Source: Pseudogymnoascus verrucosus
Taxonomy: Eukaryota
Length of the DNA stretch: 64,000 nucleotides
Direction: 5' to 3' (one strand)
NCBI GenBank assembly: GCA_001662655.1
Contig: KV460206.1
Shown piece by piece: positions 27,370 to 40,351 of the stretch; position 1 is the stretch's first letter; each line of letters opens with the position of its first letter. The notes under the pieces were generated by a model. The model had not been told where the DNA came from and made no database searches. It was given only the letters and a program-made list of their open reading frames with translations. Position numbers and translations under genes: made by a program.

Positions 27370-28634
27370 AAGGAAAGCCGGATCACTGATGGTATCCCGA
27401 ATCCCCTTCCCAGATTATGCCGTGGGGAAGTCGGGTCGCAATTCAGTCGTCGGGTCCGTCGATAGGTACGGGTCAAAGGCTGAAGGAAGAGTGTCGCGCG
27501 TGATACGAGGCTGGTGATGAGCGACAAGGAAAGGACCGCGTGGAAAGGAAGGCGATGGAGAGCTCGACTAGCGGTATCTCTCAGGCGCGAATGCGAATGC
27601 GAATGGAATCAGCTGGCGACGTTGCTGGCTGAGGACGACGTCGTGGTGGCTGGCGGTGGGTTTGGGGTTGACAGTTGGCGAGACGGGGGAGAGACAATCT
27701 CGGGATAGCAGCACAGACCACACACACCACGGAGGAGTCCGTGTACGAGAATTTGAATCCGTATTTGAGGATTGGTGACTTGCGATTTTCAGGGCCAGTA
27801 TGTATGTAAGTACAATGAGTACAAAGCAAAGCAAGTGGGTATAAGCCAAGGTAAATGGGCGATAGGCGGTAGTGAGCGGCAGAGGCAAAGGCAGAGGCAG
27901 AGGACAAAGAGAAGCAAATTGAATTGTGACGAGTTGTTAGACGGGCCAAGAGAGTGTGATGGGGGGAATTGTATGGTGTATGGGGTGTATAGTATGCGAC
28001 GCGATGGGTGATGTGAGACGTGGGAGAAAATGAAATTGGGTAAGGGGAGCGTTTCGAAATAGGCTGGTTGGACGTGTTGACTGGGCTGTGGACTGGGCTG
28101 TGGACTGGGCTGTGGGTGGGTGTGGAGGAGGACTTTGGGCTGTGGGCTGTGGACTGTGGGCTGCTGTACTCCAGTGGACCTTTGGGAAACAGAGGAATAT
28201 TGAGTTTTTAGCAGTACGACCAAGACGGTCCAGTAGGATGAAGCCAAAAGCCAATCAATGGTTCTACAGAAAAAGGGGTATTTTGGTGTGTCGGAGAAGA
28301 AAGGATGAAAAGAGAAGCCGGGTGGTGGGTGAATGGGTGAATATTGGGGAGTCGGAGAGAAAGAACAGGAGGATGAGAGGGATAGAGTGAGAAAGAGCAC
28401 GAGGAGGGACGAGGAAGCACAAGCAAGCAGCACAGGGCTGGGTACAGCAGCAAATTGTAGTAGTATTCTAGAGAGTAATACGGGAATAAATACTTTGCGT
28501 GTGCAGCACTGGACCATACAAAAGTCAGTACCCTACACCACTCGGGATGATGGAGAGTGCAGTGCGGCAGTGCAGCGGATAGTGCAGCGGGCAGTCGCGT
28601 TAGTTCAGGGCCGGGACAGGAGGATGTGTTTTAA

Positions 28635-28694
28635 GGATGGGAGAGGATGGGAGAGGATGGGAGAGGATGGGAGAGGATGGGAGAGGATGAGAGG
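28635..28694. repeat. Minisatellite (GGATGGGAGA) about 6 copies, in a low-complexity intergenic region
   Basis: Read directly. Nearby are (TGGACTGGGCTG)x3 at ~28078-28115 and (CTCCT)n at ~29310-29340. Confidence 0.9.
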
Positions 28695-29588
28695 AGTATT
28701 CACAGGGGGGTGCTCGGAGGGTGTCAGGTACAAGCAGGGCTGAGATTAAATACAAGGAGTGTGCCTGAAGTACTACTGTAAGTGTATGTGTATAGTAGGC
28801 GTATAGGAGGTAGCATTTTATTACTGTGGCGCGTGAAAGGAGTATTTGGTACTGGGCAGTATACGAAAAATATGTGTGGGATGGGATGGGTGGGAGTGGG
28901 ATGGGAGATGGATAGCCGTTGGGTGGTACTATAGGTGGATGGATGCGGTGGGATGGGATGGGGCAGTGGGGGAGTTTGGCGGAGGATGAATGGGACTGGA
29001 AGAAGAAGGGTGAATGGGACTGGATGGGACTGGATGGAAGTCGACGGGAGTGGATGGGAAGTGGGTTGGTGTGCATGGCATGGTACAGGTACAGTACACA
29101 CGTACGTATACGCGGTCGTCGTGGCTGGTGGATGGCTGGTGGATGCGCCAGGAGTGTTTGAGAAATTGTATATTATCGCCCCGCCTGCCTCCTCCGTCCA
29201 TCGCGTCGCCCTTTCTTTCACTTCTTTGGTTCGCTTGCATGGGACACGCTCCATCCGTTACTCCTCCTTCGTTTCAGAATCCTTACTTACATACTCCAGC
29301 CACTCCAGCACTCTCCTCTCCTCTCCTCTCCTCTCCTCCTGGCCTCCGCTAATTGCCATATCATATTAGATTAGCCACAGCCCAGTCAGGTGAAGGTTCA
29401 AAGGGTCGGTCAACGGTCAAAACGGTCTTCTGCCTTCTTCACTGAATACCCTGATCCGTACATCATATTGTACTATTATAATCGTAACTCATCATAAATC
29501 TGCTGCTCGCCCTCGGAGTCTCTGACTCGAAGCTGCATCTTGTATCTCCCTATTCCTCTCACTCACACCTCAGCCGCCGTTGTCTGTC

Positions 29589-30265
29589 TCATCCAGTAGC
29601 TTCCTCCTCCTGCCGCGCGATTTCTGCTCGGCGTACGCCTTGCTCCATGGTGTCAATCCTGCCCTCTATCTCTGCCCAGTGCTCGCCGGATTGTAAGATG
29701 TCCACAGAGTACCACCGCTGGAGGACGGCGGCTGTGCGCTCCTTCAGCGACGCAATAGTCTTCGTCTGCGCGGCCTGGAGTGCCTCGAGCTCCGAGACTT
29801 GAGGTCTTGTCGCGATGATCTTGGCGGACCGCTCGGCCTCAGGTATAGGGGTATCGCGTATCGACGTCAGGCTCGAGGCGGTCAGCGGGAATGAGGCTGC
29901 CGAGGAGAGGACGATGGCTGATTTGGAGGGTAGGTCAAGCAGAGATGGCGGGACCTCGCTATCGGGGCTGTAGAAGAGATCGGGATGTCGCGCACCTAAC
30001 CGCAAAATGTGAGCTCATTGGTCGCCAACTACCACCTTCGGGGCATAAACTCACGAAGCTTCAATAGGTCCTGAGCAACCTTGGACTTCGCAGTGATCAC
30101 GTCCAGACCCTTCTCTAGCTCGTGAAGCCGCTCTGCCACTGACTTCCGCTTGCGGCTGTTGGCATTGCCATCGAGATGTCCGTAGATTGTATACTCAGCC
30201 TGGCGTAGCCGGGCCTCCAGGAGATCAAGAGTCAGCCTAGCTGTATCATCCGCATCGTGATCCAT
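29589..30265 (-). CDS. Nuclear distribution protein RO10 (dynactin p24/p22-like)
   Basis: TLDLLEARLRQAEY, one intron (~29997-30054), FPLTASSLTSIRDTPIP, VLQRWY...GEHWAEIEGR. Confidence 0.8.
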
Positions 30266-30758
30266 TGGTATTGCATTTGGGTTCTATCGGTTTATTATAC
30301 TCCGAGCAGTTGCTGGAGGACAATTGTTAGATATGCACTGACCATTTCCCCGATAACCAACGCGCCAAGGAAATGACAAGGCTGAGCATATTGTCAAACG
30401 GACCACATTGGGAATCATGACCTTGGAGTCTTGGGGTCGGCGCTAGCACTGAGCCTACATACTTGGCCCAATCTCGAGCGAAGAATAACCTCTCCCCAGA
30501 CAGAACGCAAACCATTCTTCATAATTATACAGTTATCGCTCTCTTCAGCAACCAAGGCATTTGGTTGTCACGGCGCATGTAATGCGTCTGTTCCTACCCT
30601 TCAAACACCGACACTAAACCAGTATTTGTACCAAACCTCGTCGACATCCCAGATTGTCACGCCACCCACGATAACAGCGACCACATAAATCGTCAGACTT
30701 TCGACTCCGGCGACAAGATATTCCTCCACGCTCGTCAAGGGATATCGTGATTGATGCA

Positions 30759-32599
30759 ATGGCCGCCTATTCCACCATCAATACGTCCGACGCCCTGAAC
30801 CCCATGGACGGCCCTGAGGTTGGAGGGGGGAGACGGTAAGCATGCACACTATGGGTGGTGGTCTTGTGAGCAACAGCTGCTGATATCACCAACTATTCAG
30901 GCAGCGGCCTAAAAGGACATACAAAGATGCGGCTTTTTCAGGCCAGGCGTCGTGGATGAGCAGCAATATCAACTTGGTAAATACGAGTATGTTGCCATCA
31001 TGTCCGTCGCCCAAAGGCCCTTACTGATTTTTACAAGTTATCGGCGCTGGAACTTTGGCAATGCCCCTCGCGATGGCCCATATGGGTATCCTCCTTGGAA
31101 CAATCGTCATCATATGGTCGGCAATTACTGCTTCATTCGGCCTTTACCTACAATCTCGATGTGCACGCTACCTTGAACGAGGCCATGCATCATTCTTCGC
31201 CCTCTCTCAGATGACATATCCAAGTGCGGCAGTTATTTTCGACGGCGCAATAGCCATAAAGTGCTTTGGTGTTGGAGTCAGCTACCTCATCATCATTGGA
31301 GACTTGATGCCCGGAGTCGTTGAAGGATTCAATCCATCTGCGGCAAACGTACCATTTTTGGTTGATCGCCATTTTTGGATAACAGTCTTTATGTAAATAC
31401 CCCCACCTGCCTATCCCTGAAGACTCAAATCTTGCAATCGCTACTAACTGATATCAGGCTGGTCGTGATACCTCTATCTTTCCTCCGACGCCTGGATTCA
31501 CTGAAGTATACGAGCGTTGTTGCTCTCATCTCCATTGGATATCTGGTCATCCTGGTCGTGTATCACTTTGCAAAGGGAGACACTATGGCAGATCGAGGAC
31601 CAATCCGCGTTGTGCAGTGGGAAAGTGCGATCGCCGCGCTCAGCAGTCTGCCTGTGATTGTCTTCGCCTATACGTGCCACCAAAATGTGAGTCTTCCCGA
31701 TTGAGCGCTTCTGACATGCGGCCTAACAATAAACAGATGTTCTCCATTGTCAACGAGATTAAGGACAACTCCCCTCGCACGTGAGTTTTTTTTATAGATG
31801 CCAATTTGCTCATCTGCAAATGCTAATAAACGTTTGCAGTATCAAGACCGTCATCGGCGCGAGTATCGGGTCTGCTTGTTCTACTTACATCCTAGTCGCA
31901 ATCACCGGGTATCTGTCGTTTGGCAGTGGTGTGGGCGGCAATATTGTCGGGATGTGTATGATATATGCTTTCTTTAACTTTGTGCTTTGCTGACATTTCC
32001 CAGACGTCCCTAATGTTGCCTCTACGATTGCAAAGGCTGCGATAGTCGTCCTCGTCATATTTTCATTCCCACTTCAAGTCCATCCCTGCAGGGCATCTGT
32101 TGTTGCCGTGCTTAAATGGCGTCCAGCCAGATGGACAAAGTCGAGAGAAACAAGCGTATCACCTTCGAGGGCTGCACCGCTACTTCCAGGGTCTACTGGC
32201 CACTCTGGCCGTGCTGAGGTCATTGGCGACGTCAAGTTTGCTGCCATCACGACCGTGATTGTTGTCCTCAGCTATATTGTAGCTATGTCTGTGTCGTCAT
32301 TAGACACCGTCCTTGCTTACGTGGGTGCGACTGGCAGTACCAGCATCAGCTTTATCCTCCCCGGCATCTTTTACTACAAAATTTCTTCGCCTGATTCCAT
32401 TCACCACCAGAGACTTGCAAAGGATGACGAGGATAGTGCTTCGGCCACGAACGGACTCTTTGAGGAGAGTGGCGCAGTCAGGAAGGCTTCTCACAAGGAA
32501 GCCATTATTCGCTATTTGGCATTGGGTTTGGTCATTTACGGTTTCATTGTCATGGCGACTTGCCTAATTACTAATACTTATTTCTTGATAGCGCGTTGA
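30759..32599 (+). CDS. Vacuolar amino acid transporter (AVT5/6/7 family, Aa_trans)
   Basis: SSNINLVNTIIGAGTLAMP, AIAIKCFGVGVSYLIIIGDLMP, FAYTCHQN, GATGSTSISFILPG. Many introns. Confidence 0.92.
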
Positions 32600-32869
32600 A
32601 TTGAGCTTGGGTTTATGCTAAGTTGGGGGATAGTCTAGCGACAGCATTGTGTTGGGGTTGGCGTTTGTTTGGGGTTCTAAACAGATCGGTTAGATAGAGT
32701 TTGTCATTGGGGTTTCACGAGGCATGATATATGGATGGGAATCATAAGATTGTACATAAAATTACATAGAGGTCGATAACACAACAGTCATCTTGGACTG
32801 CAAATACAGATGCCTCGAGCCCCCTAATCTGACAAAACGCCACGCTATGCACTGCCCGAGTGAACATCA

Positions 32870-33365
32870 CTACACTGCCTTCCCTGGTTCGCCCGTAGCC
32901 GGTTTGGCGCTCTGGTTTCCCCGGAATTTCGGCTCCATAAGCCCAACCTAGATATAAGTCAGCCTCTGTGTGATTCAGTCGTTATCCAAAATGAGCTCTC
33001 ACCATAGAAAGCAGTCTCCAAGCTGGATCCGACGGCTGTGCGCCAACTCCGAGCCAGTATCTCGCCCTCACGGAGTCCAACCGAATGTCCTTAAACGGCC
33101 TTCCCTCGCCATCCTCTGGCTTCTTTGGTATCGGGTCATATGTGCCTGCTAATTGTTAGTGACCTGCTCCTCCCCAGCCATCAATCCTTCACATACCGAG
33201 CACCTCGAGCGGCTTGCTGTTTCTAGCGGTTCTAGAGCACGATCAATTAGTCTTCGTTCCCCCTCAGGTACGCTCCAGACCGACAAACCTCGCTTGCGCC
33301 ACCACAATGTTGTAGAATGGGGCCTTCCGCTTCCCAAATCGTGCTAGGCGTATCTTGACAACCAT
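32870..33365 (-). CDS. MRPS16: Mitochondrial ribosomal protein S16 (bS16m)
   Basis: Spliced: [43 protein letters not shown]...RARYWLGVGAQPSDPAWRLL. Confidence 0.92.
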
Positions 33366-33750
33366 GATGTGCGGATTGACAATGGTCGGGGCTGTGAGGT
33401 GGTCGTTCGAAATCTCGGAAACGCGATGCGACAACTTTTGGCGGTTGGCGGTTCATCGGGAAATTATATCGCCGACCCTCGTTTTGGCACTTTGCAACTG
33501 ATGGATTATGTAAGCATGGGTTGGGTTTCTGGGCGGTATCATGACATCAGATTTGACGGTATCTGGTGCGATTGAATAATTATAAGAGCTAGGTTGACGC
33601 ATGGTTACTGACCTGTTTATTGTTTTTGACCGAAGATATTGTTCTTTCGAGGCACTTTACAAGTGGCTTTGTTTAAGCTACATTTTAATTCTCACCTTCC
33701 CGTACTTAGTGGGTTCCGCGCAATATATCCATTATATTCCACCCTCAGAA

Positions 33751-34951
33751 ATGGCTTTGAAGGTGAGATACTGTCATTTTTCTGGTATATACCAATCTTC
33801 AAGATTGAGGCTTACAGGATGAAGACTCTAAGCGCCAAGAGCGCCGCTGCTCTCGATCAAGACCTGATGACTGTCGGTGCCTTTTCCATCGATCAGCTGA
33901 TGGAACTGGCAGGCTTGTCAGTATCACAAGCTGGTATGTGCGACGGGAATCTTGGGCCGTTGGTCCCACAAGGCTGCTCAGTCTTCTAACTTGTACCAGT
34001 CTACCGTCTTCATCCTCCGAGCAGAGGTCGCCGCATCTTGGTTGCATGCGGCCCTGGTAACAATGGTGATAGGCCTCCTCCAATTAAGTCACCCAGAGAG
34101 TAGAAGATACTGATATGAATACGAAGGCGGAGATGGCTTGGTCGCAGCCCGGCATCTTTGGCACTATGGCTATAAACCGACAATATATTATCCCAAGCAA
34201 AGCAAGAACGACCTGTATCAGGTAGGTTTGAGTATCTCTCTATCTCAGAATGCCCCCAGTCCCAAGCTACTCATTCCCATTCCACGGAAAGAAAGAGCTT
34301 CCATGGGCCGGTTTACCCATATTGCTTAGTTTAATGTTTCGCCACGTCTCTCCGTGCTCAATCTGCGTTGCCTTCTGGTGATTTGGACAAATGCTAACAT
34401 GCTCCTCGACAGCGTCTATCTACTCAGTTGAAAGCCCTAAACATTCCCTTTGTAGATGACTTCCACTCTGCTATTGAAGAGACAGATCATGTGGTCGATG
34501 CGATCTTTGGTATGTAATACCATGAAGTTATCAAGGCTTGACATCTCATTGGCCGCAAAAATAGGGTTCAGTTTTACTGGCGAAGTGAGAGACCCATTCG
34601 GTCCTGTTATAGAGGCTTTGGCAAAGTCCAGGGTAGAAGTAACTTCTGTTGATGCCCCATCCTCATGGAACATTGAATCAGGTCCTCCAAGTTCGGGACC
34701 AGGAAAGGATTTTAATCCTACCTCACTTGTCAGTTTAACGGCTCCAAAGCCGCTGACGAAGTGGTTCAAGGGAAGGCATTTCTTGGGAGGCAGGTGAGTG
34801 GTTGAGCACATTTCTGGGACTTCGAGAATCGTAGCTGACAGTCAGAAGATTCGTCAGCCCAGGTATTGCGAAGAAATATGACCTGTCAATTCCAGAGTAT
34901 CCTGGGATTGATCAGGTTGTGGAGCTTGACAATCCCAACGGAAAGCTATGA
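33751..34951 (+). CDS. NNR1: NAD(P)H-hydrate epimerase (YjeF_N)
   Basis: [70 protein letters not shown]. Confidence 0.93.
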
Positions 34952-36170
34952 GGGAAAATTATGCGAATTATAATATATTTAAATTGCCGGTTATTGACCA
35001 CCGGTGAAATTCATCCACTCTCTCATCAACTAGTGAATTTACCATTTCTATCTAAGCCAGACATATGATTATCCCATAGAGATGGCATAGAGGACCCGTA
35101 TAGAGCAGCCGCCCAGAGATGTCTATTTTGAGCTTTGAGAGATGCAGCACGACAGCACCTGCAAGGGCGAATTAACGACCATGCAGAGCGCCCGATGCAC
35201 ACCCACCATAACAGTCGGGCTCACCGGGACGAGCCCTTTACAGGTAGACGAGGATTATTGACGTTTCAACTCGCAGTAATCGGTGTTATGGGTATCAATT
35301 TGTATATTTTAGGAAAATAAAGTGACGTTGCAGACTGAAATAATAAGAATAAGATACCTCTGTGCCCCGCCATCCCGACTACACCGCGGTAGCTCCCTAG
35401 GACCCCTATACATAGCAGTTATGACAATACATGCCCGGATTATCGAAATAAAGATGTCGATCGTGTCATATGCCAACAACCGCTTCTTGTAGTTTTAGTG
35501 TGGGAAAGAAAAAGGAACCCCTCAACTTGTCTACGTGCCAAGGAGGGCCAGTCCAAAGCGACAGAGTCTGTCATGCAATACATATGCATGGGATCTTCCC
35601 GTACAGCCGTAGTCTGGTGGAGAGAACCATCATATATGGGTTTGGTCTCCACAAACCCTATTCAAACCTTTCCCCCCAATATTAATATGTGAAAGGCTCG
35701 CAGCAAAACACGACCGCCCCGCAATCTCCAGTTCTGTTGTCAGCTATTACTAGCCATTGATAGCCACTGTGCTGACACTGCAAAAGGTTACGCGCTCCCT
35801 CACCGAGCTCCTTCCGACGCAGGTACGAAGCTACACGACAGACACAGCGCCCGTTATCTGCTAGAATTTCGCGCCCCAATCTACCTTCCTTTTCGCAATT
35901 TTGCAGGGCCCCAAAACTTCCGTCCGTCGGGAAATTTCCCACGCACAAGAAAATTCGCCCGAGCCATTTTCACGTGACGTGACCTAGATTCTCTGCCAAG
36001 AGGGGAGACCGCTGCTGGGGCCATCCACTCCCTATTCCATACTCACATAAGTAGAGAGGGGCTGAGAGATAGGGCTGTGGAGCCACAACTAGACCCTTAG
36101 AGAAGGCTATCACGGGAGGCAAAACGCAGAGGTACAGAGCCAATTGGCTCAATCGGACTACTCCTTGATC

Positions 36171-37284
36171 ATGTCCAACAGGTACCAGAGGTTTGACGCC
36201 TTGACACCGCCGGGGACGTGCTGTTTCTGACCGCATATTATAGCAACAGGAGGGACTATCATATCGTCGTTCTGGGCGCAGGTATGACCCCCCCCAACAC
36301 GGACCTGAAGAGCAGCTGAAGCTAACGAGGCACAAGGTGGCGTGGGCAAGAGTTGCCTTACTGGTACTTTGTCTACATGACACTGAATCCCAGCAGCGTA
36401 AACGAGTATCTGACACCCAATATAGCACAGTTTGTCCAAAATGTGTGGATAGAGAGCTATGATCCCACCATCGAGGATTCGTACAGGAAGCAGATCCAAG
36501 TCGATGTAAGCCCTCCCTATCAATGTCTTCGTTTCCCAACTAACATCGCTGTCCACAGGGGAGGCAATGCATGCTAGAGATGTACGGATCCCCCAACCCC
36601 CTGACCAGGCCCCCAAGAGCCCCCAACTCACGCCTCACAGTCTCGACACCGCAGGAACTGAACAGTTCAGTAAGTCCACTTAGAGACCTCGATCACGCGA
36701 TCCTCTCTTGCTGACCCTCCCACCTAGCCGCAATGAGGTAGGACCAGTCTCTCCGCCGCCACCCCCCCCGTGATTCCAGAAACCTAATTCCGCTCCTAGG
36801 GAACTGTACATGAAGACGGGCCAGGGCTTCCTCCTCGTCTTCTCCATCACCAGCCGCAGCAGTCTCGAGGAGCTCTCCGAGCTGCGCGAGCAGATCATCC
36901 GCATCAAGGACGACGAGCACGTGCCCATCGTCATTGTGGGGAATAAATCCGACCTCGAGGGCGACCGCATGGTGAGTCGGTCCAAGGCGTTCGCGCTGAG
37001 CCAGAGCTGGGGCGATGCGCCGTATTACGAGACCTCGGCGAGGCGACGAGGTGAGTTTGCGTCCCTACCCCGTCCATGCCATCCGTGAAGGCAGTCACCA
37101 CGTGCGGAATCTCATGCATACAGCGAATGTCGATGAGGTCTTCATCGATCTCTGCCGGCAGATCATCCGCAAGGGCAACGACGTGACGCAGGAGCCGGAA
37201 TACGAACCCGAGGTGCCAAAGAAGGAGAAGACGCGCCGGCACCTGCTGCGCCGGAAGGACGGTCCTCGGTGCACGATTTTGTGA
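36171..37284 (+). CDS. RSR1: Ras-related GTPase Rsr1/Bud1 (Rap1-like)
   Basis: Nine short exons. [33 protein letters not shown] (T at position 61, Rap type), GNKSDL, ETSA, CAAX box CTIL. Confidence 0.92.
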
Positions 37285-38554
37285 GCGTGGAGCGGGTATG
37301 GCTCGAGGAGGGGGGCGAGGGGCAGGGGAAGGGGGATGATCCGCGCGGCCCTTAGATAGTTGGTGCGAGCCTGAAGGAGTCTGGAATAGACAAAATCTCA
37401 GGAGCGCGATTTGATGGATCTAGATCATAATTATATGTACAGGGATATGATCTCTACAGTCTTGTCTCCTGGCGAATAAAGCACAGTGTTATCTATATGC
37501 CTCGGCTAATGCGTCACTGCTTGTATTTGCGGCACTCTGCCTGGTGCCAGATATGATATTGCATGTGTTATGCTACCAGTGCGCGTGCCCGACCATGTGC
37601 GACTTTCTCAAGAGGTATCACCAGGTAGACTTAATAGTCGCGGAAAAAGCGTACCAACAAATGATGTGATGATGTGAACCTGCAATCGAAACCGAACAGA
37701 AGTATGCCATGGAGCAACAACAAAAATCTATATGTAGGTATTCCGAATCAACTGAGCACACTCCCTAGCTATGTGGGCATCCGGACTCTAAAATGATCGA
37801 AAACAAAAAATCAAAGTAGACGCCGTGAATCCGAGCACCCCTCGGATTCTCCGGCCAAACCCAAAACAAGACAAGACTGCAGCAAATAAAAAGGGACTGA
37901 GTAGCTTTCAACACACAGCCACTTCCGTTTAACATACATATGCTCCCAGCGCAAGAAGCTAGCCGTGTCTCCCCAGGGAGGAGGGGAATAAAAAGGTATG
38001 CCTGCCTGTCCATGCGCCCAACATGCAAATCCCACATGATGCGCCCAGATCGTACAGACGATTTCAAAAGTTTGCAAAAATAAAAAGCAGAAACAAAAGG
38101 TAATTATGTTGACACCGTCCCTCACCTGCTGCGCCATCCCTAAAAATGAGAGCAAGAAACGAAGAATTTGTTTCGAAAAGGACAGAACACCAAAATCGGA
38201 GAAAAGAAAATTGAACTCCTTTGCTAGCCATGCAATCCCATGCCCCCATAAAAATTGTATCGTCCCACAGAACCTTGTGCTAATGTGTGTCTGCCGATAT
38301 TGTGCGCTCCGTTGTTGTAGATGCGTATGTGACATCATGATTCGAAAAGCGCCACGCTATGAAAGATGCACCAAGTGTAAATGCGACCAGATAAATCCGC
38401 ATTATTGCATGCCAGTGTAGGAGGATGGTAGGGGATGAGGTCCTGCACTTCCCGAGCCCATAAACACCAGATTGCTTTATTAATTGTGCCGCCAAATCCA
38501 CATTAAAAACGAACCCAAACGCCGTGTCAGCAGGACCACGCTGCTTCTTGCCAT

Positions 38555-40351
38555 CTATCTTCCCATCATGTAGGCTGGAGGGAAGCCATTATTTGCGCCG
38601 TTTGTTGTCGCCGCCTGGCTCATGGCAGCAGCCATGGGGCCATTGTAAGGAGGGCCATTCCACCCATTCCCTGCACCGCCACCGTATGCTACTCCGTAGT
38701 GGCCGTTTGTCACAGCCATGGGATTCATGATAGAACCGTATTGAACCCTACTCGGCCCAAGACCCGGAGGTGCCGCAAGGCCTGGTGGGGGTCCGTTTGC
38801 CGTGCTGAAACCAGGCCCAGAGATGTTGTTGTTCATCATGCCATTCATGCCATTCATGTTTTGCATGATGCCGGGAGGTGCAGGAGGGCCTGGTGGGCCC
38901 GAACCTTGGCCAGATCTGACGCCGAGAGGGTTCTTGGAAAAGCTCAATCGAATGCCTCCTTTGACGCTGTTGTGCAACGGGTGTCCATAGAGCTCATGTA
39001 GAGCCTTGGTGGCAAATGATACGTCTTCGAACTCGACGAAACACATGGGCCCATTTTGCTTTGTCCTAAAGCACAACCGCTTGTAGCCGCGCTGCTTTGA
39101 GAACATAGCCTTGAGTTCGTCCTCCGAAGTGTCTATTGGGAGATTGCCGACATAGAGGGTATTGCATGGAGGGTTTTGATCTGCTGGATTCACAGGTGGG
39201 AAGCTATGCCTTGGATAGTGCTGATTTCCAAGCTGGTACGGAATCGGTGGCGCGCCGTTACTCATCATAGTAGGTGACATGGTAGCCGTCTGGGGTTGCA
39301 TGGATGGCATGTGCGTCGATGCCGTGTAGTTGGGTGCTGAAGGTGCCGGGGTAATGTGATTCGTGTTTAACGACAAGCTGTTCATTCTCGAAATTGGTAA
39401 CTGTGGGATTGTTGCACGCCGCGGTTGAGCTGATGCAGCTCCGTTCTCTGCGTAAGCGACTGGGTCTTTCAGAAGCTCACCCGTCTCATCATCGTCCATG
39501 GTGTCGTTGTTTATCAGTGTCTTGCCACTGATATGCGTTCGCTCGCTCAAATGATTGCCGATAGGAGACTGCGGTGAGAAGAGACTCTGATAATGCGTAC
39601 CTGAATCGGGATTTGGTAGTTCGTTGCTCCCATAAAGGGTAGTGTTTGTCGGCGATATTCTTTCCATAGTCTGAAACGTATCGTTGAACCTGGATGACTG
39701 GCGCGGTGTTGGCCCTGCTGATGAAGCTGAAGATGTATTGCTTGCAGGACCTCCGTTAAACGTCGAGTTTGATGCGCCATCCACGGTGTATTTCCTCGGC
39801 ATGGGTGGACTGCTTGGGAATATCTCGACGACCATCTGCGCGTCGTTGGAAATATTCGGCTTGCCGTTGAGGAGTCGCTGCGCCTCATGCGCACCTGCAG
39901 GAGATTTGAAATGTAGGATCGCAGATCTGAATCCCGCATCCTCTGATTTTTCTATTGGGAGAACCTCTGCCTCGGTGAACTCCTTTGACCATACGACCAT
40001 GGAGCGCAGCGAATCTTCGGTTGTTTTGAGCGGTAGCTTGCGGATGAGAATGGCCGAGGTCGACGACAACAGCGTAGATGCGCCCTGCTGGCCAGGGTTT
40101 GACGCGCCGTCGCGATCGAACGCGGTCATGGAGGACATTTGTAGTTGTTGGTACGCTGCTTGGGATCCGTTCGGCGCGGCGCGATATTGCTGCCCTTGCG
40201 GGACAAAGACCGGGGCATCCATCGCATGCTTCACCGTCGCGTTATTCAGGAAGGGACTCGTATGGCTCGAAGAGAGCGGCTGGTTCTGGGCCGACGACAT
40301 TCGCGGGCTGGACCTGCCCGAGCTGAGGCTGCCGACGTTCATGCCTTGCAA
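38555..40351 (-). CDS. WHI3: RNA-binding protein Whi3/Whi4 (Scw1) family; start codon uncertain
   Basis: C-terminal RRM NPADQNPPCNTLYVGNLP...GYKRLCFRTKQNGPMCFVEFED...GIRLSFSKNPLGVR. First in-frame ATG at ~40342. Confidence 0.9.
   Translation of the reverse strand: MQGMNVGSLSSGRSSPRMSSAQNQPLSSSHTSPFLNNATVKHAMDAPVFVPQGQQYRAAPNGSQAAYQQLQMSSMTAFDRDGASNPGQQGASTLLSSTSAILIRKLPLKTTEDSLRSMVVWSKEFTEAEVLPIEKSEDAGFRSAILHFKSPAGAHEAQRLLNGKPNISNDAQMVVEIFPSSPPMPRKYTVDGASNSTFNGGPASNTSSASSAGPTPRQSSRFNDTFQTMERISPTNTTLYGSNELPNPDSGTHYQSLFSPQSPIGNHLSERTHISGKTLINNDTMDDDETGELLKDPVAYAENGAASAQPRRATIPQLPISRMNSLSLNTNHITPAPSAPNYTASTHMPSMQPQTATMSPTMMSNGAPPIPYQLGNQHYPRHSFPPVNPADQNPPCNTLYVGNLPIDTSEDELKAMFSKQRGYKRLCFRTKQNGPMCFVEFEDVSFATKALHELYGHPLHNSVKGGIRLSFSKNPLGVRSGQGSGPPGPPAPPGIMQNMNGMNGMMNNNISGPGFSTANGPPPGLAAPPGLGPSRVQYGSIMNPMAVTNGHYGVAYGGGAGNGWNGPPYNGPMAAAMSQAATTNGANNGFPPAYMMGR

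Noticed and set aside
27500..29400. Overlapping 100-240 aa ORFs rich in P/H/S or G/W
   Set aside because: Products of low-complexity repeats with no recognisable domain.
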